34,129 nucleotides of DNA from positions 3,951,037-3,985,165 of the forward strand of contig MU058463.1 of assembly GCA_013265495.1 (NCBI GenBank), read 5' to 3'. A program made the translations under genes and the position numbers. This DNA is from Vicugna vicugna. Its lineage: Eukaryota. Numbering within the stretch: position 1 is the stretch's first letter; the number at the start of each line of letters is the position of its first letter. The notes under the pieces were generated by a model. That model saw only the letters and a list, made by a program, of their open reading frames with translations. It did no database searches and was not told the DNA's origin. Below, piece after piece: positions 23,126 to 34,129 of the stretch.

Positions 23126-25363
23126 GTCATTTTCGGATGTCTTGGAAGAAGAAATTCTTAAGCCCCGCTCCCCAGCAGATGGATACTAATGTAAAGGATT
23201 TACTTCTGAAAAACCCAGATCATTTAAGAGAGATTGTGGCTGAGAAAGACCATTTGGAAATGGTCTACCTAAAGCTGTTTTATTTATTTTACCACAATAA
23301 AATATGACTTAATGTTCTTACTCAGTTTAAATCCCTCTACATCACTTAATATTATAAAATGCAACTTCTAACAATACGAGTGTGGCTTTCTGTGTTTCAC
23401 AAATATGTACCATATTCACGGTGAAGAATGAACCAAGCTGGTGAAGACAGTTCCATCTCTTCTGAATGAGCAGATATTTCTTGATATTTTCCTGAAGATA
23501 CTGTCTTAAAATGTTACATGGCGGATACAGAAAAGATAAAGAAAAAATCTCTTTGAGGTCATGCAGGAGGAAGACTTGCCCTCAAGCCTAAAAGCCTCTT
23601 GTCATTTTTCCCTTTCTTTGACCTGGACGGCAGTTTCTTTAACAGTACTTTTTTTCCCCCTAGCTAGGAGCAACTCTGCTCTGTAGCTTTCCCATCAAGA
23701 AGGAGCAGAAGTGAACCGTCAGGTTTATCGATGCTGATGATACTGTGTTTAAAATGGACAGATATCTGATGATTCCTTGAGCTTCATGTTCCAGCTTGTC
23801 TTGACAGTCCAGTTTATAAATAAGTTATTTTCAGTTCAGCAGTGATGAACTGAAGACATACTTTTTTTCCTATTAATTGTCATTTTAGCCTTAATATGTG
23901 TTGCATACCTTTTATATTGTATCCTATGTCGTTTAATCTCCGTGTCTGGTGACAGGTTGCCTCAGCTCATGAGGAGTTTTGCTCCTCTTCTTGCGCCGCT
24001 TCACTCCTCACCCCTGCATTTATCTGAGATTATAATGAGTTTTTCTTCTTTGCTTTTTAGTTTAAAATCTTACTGCTTAGAGCTTGAGAAGCATCTTTCT
24101 TGCGCCTCTTTGTATTCTGTACAGTGGACTAGGAACTCTTTCTTTCGATTTCTCCTCTCTTTGATTACCAAGTCTCTTGGGCTACCAGTGGGCCTTGTCT
24201 CCCAGTTTCTATTTCCAGTTTGTGATCACTGAATTCTCTATTTGGTAAGGGTCTGCCTGTGTTTTGCATATTTGTAATAAGGAAGTATGCTAGTATGAAG
24301 CTCCTGGGCAAAGATACAGAGTAATCCAGCTTATTTGGGTGGGCTCCATTACTGCATTCCAAAACTAGAATTTTGTGTTTTGTTGATTCAGGTGCAACTA
24401 GAAATGAAATATTATTTTTTTGGTGTTGTAATTAATGGAGAGGTTCATCCTAGTTCTCTACAGTTATTTGGGGAAGTGTGTGTGCTTTTATACTTGCTTG
24501 CTGGACATTTGTTTTTCCAAAAGAATACAATTTATAGTTAGATGTTGATTTTGCTTGTAGTTTTATGTTATTTTGTAGCAGTCACTAACACATGTCCCAG
24601 TGGTCCTTCTGTAATACTGGTATCCCTTGTTATAATTGTACTTGTGCATTATTTTGATCCAAGTATGTAGTTCACTGTTTCGCAAATAAACATACAGTCT
24701 TGAGAAAGCATGGCATCCCAACCAAAATATATAAGCACTTTCAGACAAAAAGAAACACGTAAGCATAGATTTATATGTTCTATGAAGGATGAACATTTTC
24801 AAAGTGTATGGCACACTAAAAGCTAAAAATACTGGGAATAGGCATTAAACTTAAGTGAAAACTGTACACTCAGTTCTGTTTTATAAAGCAAGGGATATCT
24901 GTAGTTGGACACTGTAGACCTCAAATGCAGAAGCTTTAGGTCTATTTGTATTTTTCTGTGACACTAATGACTGTGATGTATGTCTGAAGGTAGAGTGTTG
25001 CCTACATTGCATGTGACTGTATTGAAATGATTATAACCAGCATTATAGTTTTGTTCATCGTGGTGCATGTTTATTATCAGAATGTATTGAATACTAATTC
25101 ATTTTGAAATTATGTGGGCTCTTAGGTCCTTGATCATGGAAGATTTAGAAATGTAAGCACAAAATGTAATAAGTATTATTAGTTGAATTATTTAATTTCT
25201 GCTAATTTGTAACTCTTTATTAAAAAGCACAGTCTCCATTTAAGTTTAAGTTTATCCTTATTATGTGGAAAACTTTCATTCTGACTTCAACAGAGGAGTA
25301 AAGTCATTTTGTGAGATATTTATTTATATTGTAAAGTAATTACTTTTTCTTCCTCTTGTACAG

Positions 25364-25437
25364 ATTGCCACACTGAAGGTCAAAATATTTTATTCACTGA
25401 TGGAGAATATATTAATCAGATAGCTGCTTCAAGAGAT
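25364..25437 (+). CDS. MYCBP2: MYCBP2 coding exon 9 (74 nt)
   Basis: cttgtacag|AT TGC CAC ... AGA GAT|gtgagt; (D)CHTEGQNILFTDGEYINQIAASRD. Confidence 0.95.
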
Positions 25438-25576
25438 GTGAGTATTCTGAGTCATGAGTAGCTGGTATAAATGGAATCCTTTTCTCATAAGTTATTTGAT
25501 TTTTAATAGATGGAATATAGAGCCTTAAAAGACCAATTCATGCAACATAATACTGTGGATGTTTTCTTTCTTTTAG

Positions 25577-25715
25577 GATGGCTTTGTTGTCAGAATATTT
25601 GCCACAAGCACTGAGCCTGTGCTACAACAAGAATTACAACTTAAACTGGCCAGAAAATGCTTACATGCCTGTGGTATCTCACTGTTTGACCTGGAAAAGG
25701 ACTTGCATATTATAA
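25577..25715 (+). CDS. MYCBP2: MYCBP2 coding exon 10 (139 nt)
   Basis: ttcttttag|GAT GGC TTT ... ATT ATA A|gtaaga; DGFVVRIFATSTEPVLQQELQLKLARKCLHACGISLFDLEKDLHII. Confidence 0.95.
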
Positions 25716-26739
25716 GTAAGATGGTCAAATAAGCCTCTCTCCCATATTTTAATTTTAAGATTCTTTATTCTCTTGAAGACTAACATTGTACTTTCAGCAG
25801 TGTAGCTTGTTAGGTAGCTGTCTTGCTATCTGTTACTTTAAAGCACACTTATGAGTTAATAGGTATAAGTAACTAAGAAATATGGCCGTTAGCTAGAGAT
25901 ATTCTAATAATTTTTCATTTTCATTTTGAATTGAGCAAAAGAAAATAAACTTTGATAAGAATTATAGATAGACAACATTTGGGAACATCATTAGTTTATA
26001 TGCTCCATCTTTATTCAATTATTTAAAATTATGAGAATTTCTATTGTAAATGTTACTCCAATATATAAATAGTTTTCTCACTGGAGCCTTTAATTTTATT
26101 TGAACAGATTTTCAGGATAGCCATAGAGTTATCTCATAGATAGTGAAAATGACAATTAGCTTAACAAATTGATTTAATAATCTTTCATTTGGATTCTGAA
26201 ATACAGATGTCCACAGAGTATTTTGTGGACCTAGTATAATTACTATTGCAGTGTCGTAGTAGTAGACAGGATTACAAGTTCCCGGGAGGGTCTCAATTTT
26301 GGTTTGCCTTACTATTCCTGGTTTAACAGTCCCATTTCTTAACTTGTGGGAATCTTTGCAAGACTCACCTTTTGGACTGCTATCTCATTAAATTTATTAA
26401 ACTTGACATTAGTGATTTACTTTGTGTATTTTATTTAATTATGTAGTATTTTTGTTCTTTTTAATAGAAAAATACTGGATTGAACTTAATAGTTTTTAAA
26501 TTTAAAACTCCTGTAAACTCATTAGTAGTTTGTACAGTCGGACAAACTCATAAAATGTGCTATATATAATTATTCACTTGTTTCACATTTTGAAATTATG
26601 CATAAGGATCTATGTATATATATTCAAATTCATGGAGTAACTATATGAAGTGTTCTTCTGTAGAAAAAAAACATGGAACAGAGAATCTGAAATACCTTAA
26701 TTCAAATATTTGTATGGCATTGTTCAAGCCTAAGTGACT

Positions 26740-26880
26740 CTGTGTTGAGACTTAACCTCACCAAGCTTTATATTTGTTCATTTGCAAACCAGGCAGTAGA
26801 TTTGTGAGGATCAAATAGGAAAAAGTTCATGCATTCTGTAACGCCATCTGACACCTACACAATGCCCAATAAAAATTTAA
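26740..26880 (+). mobile_element. MIR SINE 3' part
   Basis: 'ttgttcatttgcaaa...tttgtgaggatcaaatagga...tctgacacctacacaatgcccaataaa'. Confidence 0.55.
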
Positions 26881-27183
26881 TCTTTCATTAATTCAAGGAA
26901 TATTGCTGACGTGGATCTAAACAATTTTTTTTCATACTTAAAAAACTAATTTGGCACTAATTTGAAAGAAATTAAGCTTATGCTGACTATCTTTCCTTTC
27001 AGTAGTGTAGCTACTGTAATAGATTTTTTTTTTTTAATTGACCCGCATGGCATATTGTATCATTTTTGTTTTTGAGTGGTGTTAATTGAATTGACTTGGT
27101 CATTACTCAAAATACTACAAGTTGTGCTTGAAATTACTAGTATTAAAATATAATAGTACTTATTAGTCTTGTTGTATTATCAG

Positions 27184-27260
27184 GTACAGGATTTGATGAG
27201 GAATCAGCAATTCTTGGTGCAGGACGAGAGTTTGCACTAATGAAAACAGCAAATGGAAAG
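27184..27260 (+). CDS. MYCBP2: MYCBP2 coding exon 11 (77 nt), around the start of the RCC1-like region
   Basis: tattatcag|GT ACA GGA ... GGA AAG|gtaagt; (S)TGFDEESAILGAGREFALMKTANGK. Confidence 0.95.
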
Positions 27261-28142
27261 GTAAGTTACTCTTTAGAATTAAAAGTTAACATCTGCTTTA
27301 AGAGATAGTTGGTACAATCAGTTGATTAGCTTACGTAGTTCACATGTTTGATTTAATTTTTAATATAATTCAGTTTTGTTCATGTTGAAATAGCATAAAA
27401 GAAAATTATGAGATTTAAGAGTATAAAACTTTATAAACTTTATAAAATATAACATTTTTTACAGATGTTTAACTTTATTATGGAGCTCTCTTTATAATTT
27501 TTGAGTTGAAGTGAATTGACGTTTTGTGTTTATTTTGATGAATGGAATATACATTGCAAATTTTTGTAAATGTGCAGACATACGGGCTGCAAACTGGGGG
27601 CAGTAGGAGCGTTTAAAATTAAGCTATAGATTATGGAAGTCTATCCATAGAGATGGAAACTTCTTTCTTACCTTGTGGGTATGAAGATAAAGTAAGATAA
27701 TTAAAATAATGCTAAAAATTAAAATTATGAGGGAAATCCAATATATTTGTATGTAAGGCTTTTTACTCTGGGCAAAATGAATTGAGAATTTTTTGAATTT
27801 CCAGCTGTTGTGTGTTGGAGTATATTTATGAAATATATTTCTGAATATATTTAGTATTTCAAGATAGAAATATATCTACTCAGGGTGCTTATGAAAAGTT
27901 ATAAATATCCTGAGTAGATATGAAAAAAATACTATGAGCTATGTATTTTTGAAAAAATATGCTTATTTCTCTCCTGCTCAGCTCTCAGAAGTTGAATAGT
28001 ATTAAAAAGGAGCTTGGGTTCTTACTATTTTTGTTTTTCAATAAAATATGGAAGTCTTTTTTTTTTTTTCCTGTAATGTGAAACCTGGTGCACTACTCCA
28101 AAAGATACTATAATTCCTTCCCTTTTTTTAAATATATATAAG

Positions 28143-28347
28143 ATATATTACACTGGCAAATACCAGAGTCTTGGAATCAAACAAGGCGGACCTTCAGCAG
28201 GAAAGTGGGTTGAGCTACCAATTACGAAATCTCCAAAGATTGTACACTTCTCAGTTGGACACGATGGCTCTCATGCCCTTTTAGTTGCAGAAGACGGAAG
28301 CATATTCTTTACAGGATCTGCTAGTAAAGGAGAAGACGGAGAGTCAA
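28143..28347 (+). CDS. MYCBP2: MYCBP2 coding exon 12 (205 nt), RCC1-like repeat
   Basis: atatataag|ATA TAT TAC ... GAG TCA A|gtaagt; IYYTGKYQSLGIKQGGPSAGKWVELPITKSPKIVHFSVGHDGSHALLVAEDGSIFFTGSASKGEDGES. Confidence 0.95.
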
Positions 28348-29775
28348 GTAAGTTGACTATTCAATAAGAATAGTGTAGAATTTATTAACATAAGGTGTAT
28401 CAATTTTAACAGTGCTAACCTCCCCAAGTTAATAGATTTTATATTGGGGAATATTCAGTTAATGGTTGTGGTGTACTCTTCATTAAAGAACTGTGCTGAT
28501 TTCATACTAAAGTTCATATTCATGAATTTTTATATGCTTTATGCATACATGGCTATTCATTTGTTTTGCCAGTTGGTGTTATTTTTTTAAAAAACTCATT
28601 CCAATATATTATTTTAGGTAATCCAAAATTTTGGAAGGAATATATATTTCAGAATGAAATAAACTTTATGTAAATTGTGTAATAGTGTCAGTTAGTGGAA
28701 CTTTGTTCTTGGTGTTATTTCTCTATGATGGAAGCATTCCTAAGCAATGAAATAATAGTCAGTTTTATCTCTTATCTTTTCTATACTTCTGTTCAGTCTT
28801 CCTCAAAGTGTCATTTTTCTCTTTTTGTAACTTCTCTGGTATGTTATACATTGTAGCAGTTGGGGTAGCATCTTATGAGGATTAGGTTTGAAGTCAACAT
28901 CTAATGTAGAAATCATGTATAAATAAAAGTGATTCTGAGGAAAAAAAATCCCGTAAAGTAGCCATGAAATATATTACCATATCTCAGAAACTTCAGTCCA
29001 GCCAGTTTTTACTTTTAGCATTTGGAGGACATTGTTATTCCTTTGTTTGAGCACCAGGTAACTTAGTTGCTATATATACATGTTATATGAAAAAATGTAA
29101 TGGTATTTTAAGTCCCAGAATTGTACCCAATACAGCAGTATGTTTTTATTCATAAGAACATGCAAACATTAAGTTGGCTAAGGAAATGGAAGATTGATAT
29201 TTCCCATCTTTTGCACATTTCAGGGATTTAGTTTTTCAGAGCAGAAAATGCTTAAATTAGCTACGTTTAAATTTATTTGCTGTCTCTCCATGTATGCATT
29301 TCCTTTCCTTACAGTCTCTGACTGTCACTTAATATGTGTTGAATGAGTGAGAAGCTAATTTTACTTCACAGGATCTAACATAGGAATACATGTGAGGTAT
29401 AGTTTGAGAGGAAAGGAATTTTTTTTAAATACATACATGACACTGGAATGGTGTTGATAATGTAAGTAGTTAATCTAGAGATTGGGCTCCCCAAGAGTTT
29501 GGTAGAAGATTGTTGATTTCCCATTGGGTATTTCAGTGCTCTACAAAGAAGAGGATTTGATAGTGATAGCCTGCATATTAATTAGCCAGATGAGTCTTTG
29601 AGGTTGACTCATTTAATTGATATGTTGGGAAGCCCAGACCTTTGTGAAAATAAGTAATCAATCAGTCAATCAACAGTATCATAAATGCAATTGATGTATT
29701 TTTTCCTTAGGTTTTGTATATAAATCGTTATTTCTGTTTGTGCATAGGTGCCTTAAATTAAATTTTGTTTTTAAG

Positions 29776-29940
29776 CTAAGAGCAGACGTCAGTCGAAACC
29801 TTATAAACCTAAAAAGATAATTAAGATGGAAGGAAAGATTGTGGTGTATACAGCCTGCAACAATGGAAGTAGTTCTGTTATTTCTAAAGATGGAGAGCTG
29901 TACATGTTTGGAAAAGATGCCATTTACTCTGATAGTTCAA
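29776..29940 (+). CDS. MYCBP2: MYCBP2 coding exon 13 (165 nt, phase 1-1), RCC1-like repeat
   Basis: gtttttaag|CT AAG AGC ... AGT TCA A|gtaagt; (T)KSRRQSKPYKPKKIIKMEGKIVVYTACNNGSSSVISKDGELYMFGKDAIYSDSS. Confidence 0.95.
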
Positions 29941-30149
29941 GTAAGTTAAAAACCATTTCACTTTTAGGCACAGAAAGTCTAGTATGAAACTTTATGTGTT
30001 GGAAAGGTACATCTAGAAAATTAACATTTGTAGCATGCTTTCTCTACATTTTTCCATATATCTTTCTAATTACAACATTTAGTTATTCCTTCCTGTCTCC
30101 TGCTGGGAACACTGTCACTAGTTTCCTGCAAAGATAATCATGGGGCTTG

Positions 30150-30425
30150 GCCAGTGCAGTTCTGCCTTAGCTGTTCCTTTCTCTGGAAGGCTTTCCCTAG
30201 GCTCTGTTAGATGCTCATGTGACATATTCCTGGTGGTACCCTGAGGACATGATTTTCGTAATTTAGCATTTTTATAATTGATGAATTAATTATCTCCCCC
30301 TGTTGTTAGGTGGTTAGAGAAGGGCTTTCTCTCTTATTTACTGTTACATCTCCAGTGCCCAGCACAGTGCCTGGTGCGTGGTCAGAATCTCAAGAATTAC
30401 CTGTTAAGTGTGACTCAGTGACTGA
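30150..30425 (+). mobile_element. L2 3' end
   Basis: 'gctgttcctttctctggaaggctttccc' and 'tttactgttacatctccagtgcccagcacagtgcctgg'. Confidence 0.75.
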
Positions 30426-30914
30426 TAACTACACATGTAAGTAGTGGATGTGAGGGATAGAACTAGCCAAATAAAGAATTTTATATTTATAAACTCTAAT
30501 CTCAAAAACTTGTCATATTTGGCTGCTAAATTTTCTTTCTAGCATTTAGAAATGAGTAGAATGATTGTAGAAACCCAATTAGAAGGGTTTTTTTATGAAG
30601 TAAGTATGTAAAGCCCATCAATTTCTTTGTAGAAAAGGAACCAGAATTAATGAAGTTTCTGATTAAAAGTTTAAGCGATTGTCTCATGCTGAGGAAATCA
30701 CGTATGTTGAACATTTATGACACTCCCATTATTAAGTTGAACTGTGCTTAGGTGACTTGTGAGTTGGTTGAATGTGCTAATGTTTAATCTCAGTTGACTG
30801 CAACTGTCAGAGTATATTAAAATTTGGGGATGAGTTCATGTATATTTTTAAGATAATATTTAATATAAGTATTGCTCGCTAAATATCCTCTTGGCTGAGG
30901 CTGATGGAAACTTG

Positions 30915-31470
30915 TGCATTTATTCAACGTGTATTTATTGAGGAATAACAGGGTCTCAGGGATTGGTGGACCAGACAGACATTTTCCTTTTCTTTTTGTT
31001 GCTCTGAGAGATAGTTGGGCATTATAGAAATTAAATGTTAGATAACTGTGGTCTAATGATTTTGGATATAGACTCAGATCCTGGTACTGTCACTTTTTAT
31101 TTGGCTAACCAGCTTAAATTACTTAACTTTTCAGAGCTTTTCTTAACTTTCATTTTTTTCCCACCTGTGAAAGGGAGCTAATGATAGTTGCCTGCTTCAT
31201 ATGGTCCTTGTAAGATTACAGGAGATAATGCTTATGAAATGCTTAGAACAGAGCCTGGCACATGGGGCTCAAGACATGTCAGCTAGTACTGTTAATGATA
31301 ATAAATACTGTTTCTACATAAACATACCTTTTTCAAGTATGCTAAATGCTTAAAGTGGGAGTTTTTGAGGTATGCTTAACCAAAAGACCTAAGCTAGTAT
31401 AAGGTGAAAGGAAAGGTCACCTTAAGGAGGTGATAGCTGAGCTAATAATGTAGAATAGTTTTGCCAAAGT
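30915..31470 (-). mobile_element. L2 3' end, interrupted by a MIR
   Basis: 'catttattcaacgtgtatttattgag...ccagacagac', resuming after the MIR with 'aaaggtcaccttaaggaggtgatagctgagct'. Confidence 0.6.
31045..31300 (+). mobile_element. MIR SINE nested in L2
   Basis: 'ttacttaacttttcagagc...cctgtgaaagggagctaatgatagt...gtaagattacaggagataatgcttatgaaatgcttagaacagagcctggcacat'. Confidence 0.85.
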
Positions 31471-32249
31471 GTGATATGAGATTTATATTATTTGTAACCT
31501 AAGTAAAACAAATACTTTAATTTTTAAAAAAATGTTCTTATTTTAGCGTATGTTGGAAATACTCAGTAGTCTTTGATTTCTACGGTTATTACTGCTGGAT
31601 AAGGTTAAAAATACTTTAGTCAATTTAAAATTGATGCAAAAATGCTAAGGTAGTATGGGTGACACCAAGATATGGGAAGCATAATGAAAGTAATTCATGA
31701 ATAAGTGAAGTTTAGGAACTATGTATTGGATTATGGAAAAAACATTGTAGATTTAAAAAGCCTAAGAAATACTGCTTTTGAAATCTCACAGGTTTCTACA
31801 AAAACAGTGTTATTTCAGAGTACTCTGGCAGGTTTTCTACTCTGTTTCGCTGAGGCGGGTCAAAGCAAGTAAAGTACATGATTCATAGACTCCTTTGGGC
31901 TTGGGTCAGGAAAGTTCGAGATACAGTGACCTTTCTAAGAACTGTTGAGTGGTCCTACCGCTTAGAGCAAGCATGCAGGAGAAGCAGGCTTGAGCTAATG
32001 CCAGAATAAAGCCTTGTCCCTAGTCTAGAAGATGACATTTTAAGATTTTGAGGGCTTATTACAAAATTACAAAGTTAATTTACTGATACCTTGTCTATCT
32101 TTTGGCCACTATTTCCCATTTTGTTGGGTTATTTTATCCCAGAAATGGAAAGTTTTATGTTGAAGTGGTCCCTTTCCATTACTGATGATTTACTAGGCTC
32201 AGAAAGGCTTTTTTTGTTGTTTCTTACCAAATTTGTATCTTTCCTGTAG

Positions 32250-32408
32250 GTTTGGTAACAGATTTGAAAGGCCATTTTGTAACTCAGGTAGCTATGGGCA
32301 AAGCTCATACTTGTGTTTTAATGAAGAATGGAGAAGTCTGGACATTTGGTGTAAATAATAAAGGACAGTGTGGACGAGACACTGGTGCCATGAACCAAGG
32401 TGGGAAAG
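32250..32408 (+). CDS. MYCBP2: MYCBP2 coding exon 14 (159 nt, phase 1-1), RCC1 repeat
   Basis: ttcctgtag|GT TTG GTA ... GGG AAA G|gtaggt; (S)LVTDLKGHFVTQVAMGKAHTCVLMKNGEVWTFGVNNKGQCGRDTGAMNQGGK, with the RCC1 signature VAMGxxHT...GEVWTFGxNxxGQCG. Confidence 0.97.
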
Positions 32409-33239
32409 GTAGGTGTTGCATGTGTGGATATTAATTTCTGTGTTATCTTTTCTGTAGTTTTTCAGAACACCATAGTGAAGAATTTTATTCTTTCAAAACA
32501 AATGGCTTTTTGATTTCATACATATAAATTATGAAAACCACTGAATTTCTTATTTGATTGACAGTATATCACTGGAATAATTGAATATACTTTAGACTTC
32601 TAATGTCTGAATGAGCTTACTTATTTACTTGTATGTTTTTCTTAATTTTGTATAAGATGTAATAGCACCTTCTTTGATTTAGCATTTTTAGTGACTGAAC
32701 TATTCCAGAAAAGTATATTTTTCAAGCTCTTTGTTATTAGCTCCTTTTATACCCTATATTTTCAGTCTTAACCATTGTTGGCAGCAGTCTGTCTGGCAAA
32801 TATCTTCCTGTTTAACAGCATGTACTACCTGAAATTTAATCAGTTCTTGACAACTAAGCGTGATCCTTAAGAATACTTGACCCTTTATCAGGAGAAATTG
32901 TAGATACACCTTATATACTGTATCCTTTGCCCCAGCACTCAGGCTATTGAAGGGGGAAAAGAGAGGTTTATCCTTTGTTGCCTTGCTTGTTGTAGTTTTT
33001 GTTTTTGTTTGTTTGTTTGTTTTGGTAATAGTTTGTGTCCACCTCATTCTTACTCTTAGTGTTTACTTCTAACTACTATCAGTGCTGTCATATACCCTTT
33101 ACCCCAATTTCTGGTTTTCTGTTTTTAATTTTGTATGGATGAAGAATAGGAAATAGAGACATATTATTAGAATTAAGCATTGAGCTGTGTGTGAATGAGT
33201 TTGAGGATTAATATTTGTATAAATTAAGAAAAATTTAGC

Positions 33240-33640
33240 TCTTTTGGGGCCTTCTTGATGGCAGGCAAAGGCTGTGAGCATGTAAAAGGAGACAGGATGT
33301 TTAGAAAGCAGAGGAAATTTAGATTCAGGTGGAATGTAGTTTGCATGGAAGAAAGATTGGAGGAAATTGGGAGCCTGATTGTGACTGACTGTATCTTGCT
33401 AAGGAGTTTTGTTCTTTTGAAGACGTTGGGAAAAAGACATTGAAATTTGTAAATTGTGAAGTCATAGAATCAAATATATATTTTAAGAAGCTCATTACTA
33501 TCAGTGGGAGGTTATTCTAAAGTGGAGGGACTCTTGGTGTGTGGTTAGGAGACTTTCGTTGGTGTGTTGAATGAAAGTATTGGTGGTGAAGATGGAAAGC
33601 AAGGAACTAAAATCAGAGAAAATTAGAAGTGTGAGTGACA
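33240..33640 (-). mobile_element. L2 fragment
   Basis: 'gcaaaggctgtgagcatgtaaa', 'tgctaaggagttttgttcttt', 'atatattttaagaagctcattact'. Confidence 0.55.
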
Positions 33641-33680
33641 CAAAGTAATAGCTAAGAGATGCTCTTACTATCACTGCCTC

Positions 33681-34129
33681 TTTCTTTCTTTTTTTTTTTT
33701 ACATTTTTTATTGATTCATAATCATTTTACAGTGTTGTGTCAAATTCCAGTGTTCAGCACAATTTTTCAGTCATTCATGCACATATACACACTCATTGTC
33801 ACATTTTTTTCTCTGTGATTTATCATAACATTTTGTGTATATTTCCCTGTGCTATACAGTGTAATCTTGTTTATCTATTCTACAATTTTGAAATCCCAGT
33901 CTATCCCTTCCCACCCTCTACCCCCCCCCACCGGTAACCACAAGTCTGTATTCTCTGTCCATGAGTCTATTTCTGTCCTGTATTTATGCTTTGTTTTTGT
34001 TTGTTTTTGTTTTTTAGATTCCACATATGAGCGATCTCATATGGTATTTTTCTTTCTCTTTCTGGCTTACTTCACTTAGAATGACATTCTCTAGGAGCAT
34101 CCATGTTGCTGCAAATGGCATTATGTTGT
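33681..34129 (-). mobile_element. Young L1 3' end (camelid-type 3' UTR), antisense, poly(A) tail read as a T run; continues beyond the window
   Basis: T run, then 'acattttttattgattcataatcattttacagtgttgtgtcaaattccagtg...atttccctgtgctatacag...ggtaaccacaagtctgtattctctgtccatgagtct...tagattccacatatgagcgatctcatatggtattt'. Confidence 0.85.

Larger units (their letters stand above)
1..34129 (+). other. MYCBP2: MYCBP2 gene body, partial (intron 1 to intron 14; start and stop codons lie outside the window)
   Basis: 13 GT-AG exons with compatible phases splice to a continuous ORF: NKKILNKKKLKRKQKSKSKVKTRSKSENLENTVIIPDIKLHSNPSAF...GEVWTFGVNNKGQCGRDTGAMNQGGK, which I recognise as the MYCBP2 N-terminus. 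Confidence 0.97.

Noticed and set aside
23725..23860. Intronic box C/D snoRNA (three TGATGA motifs, CTGA) and a 9-bp hairpin TTCAGTTCA/TGAACTGAA at 23830-23854
   Set aside because: The only purine-preceded C box (GTGATGA) is 1 nt from CTGA, and I see no terminal stem bracketing a C...D pair. snoscan or Infernal would be needed to revisit it.
1..34129. ORF-track ORFs other than those overlapping exons 3, 5, 6 and 14
   Set aside because: They are short, low-complexity, inside repeats, or antisense shadows of real exons (e.g. 18740..18967). Many use non-ATG starts that are not meaningful for a mammalian locus.
1..34129. CRISPR array, operon or other prokaryotic or novel defence-type system
   Set aside because: No regularly spaced repeats and no dense ORFs. 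The window is explained by a spliced mammalian gene plus known repeat classes.

Overview
AT-rich mammalian genomic DNA, not prokaryotic. The whole window lies inside the 5' part of MYCBP2 (PAM/Phr1, a giant E3 ubiquitin ligase) on the + strand. Thirteen GT-AG coding exons (1701-32408) splice into one uninterrupted frame of 1874 nt: 624 full codons plus one split base at each end. They run from the Lys-rich N-terminal segment into the first RCC1-like repeats. Exon numbers 2-14 follow my recollection of the human gene. The introns are full of ancient repeats (L2, MIR, MLT1, a MER77/MER21-like LTR, MER5A, L1M). There are also two younger L1 3' ends; the one at the window end looks camelid-type, which suggests camel, alpaca or llama. 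I found no evidence of a novel biological system. The best leads are a candidate 57-nt poison exon in intron 3, a long hairpin in intron 11, a sense L1 poly(A) signal just after exon 2, and atypical splice acceptors at exons 11-13. Repeat family calls and boundaries are by eye and approximate.
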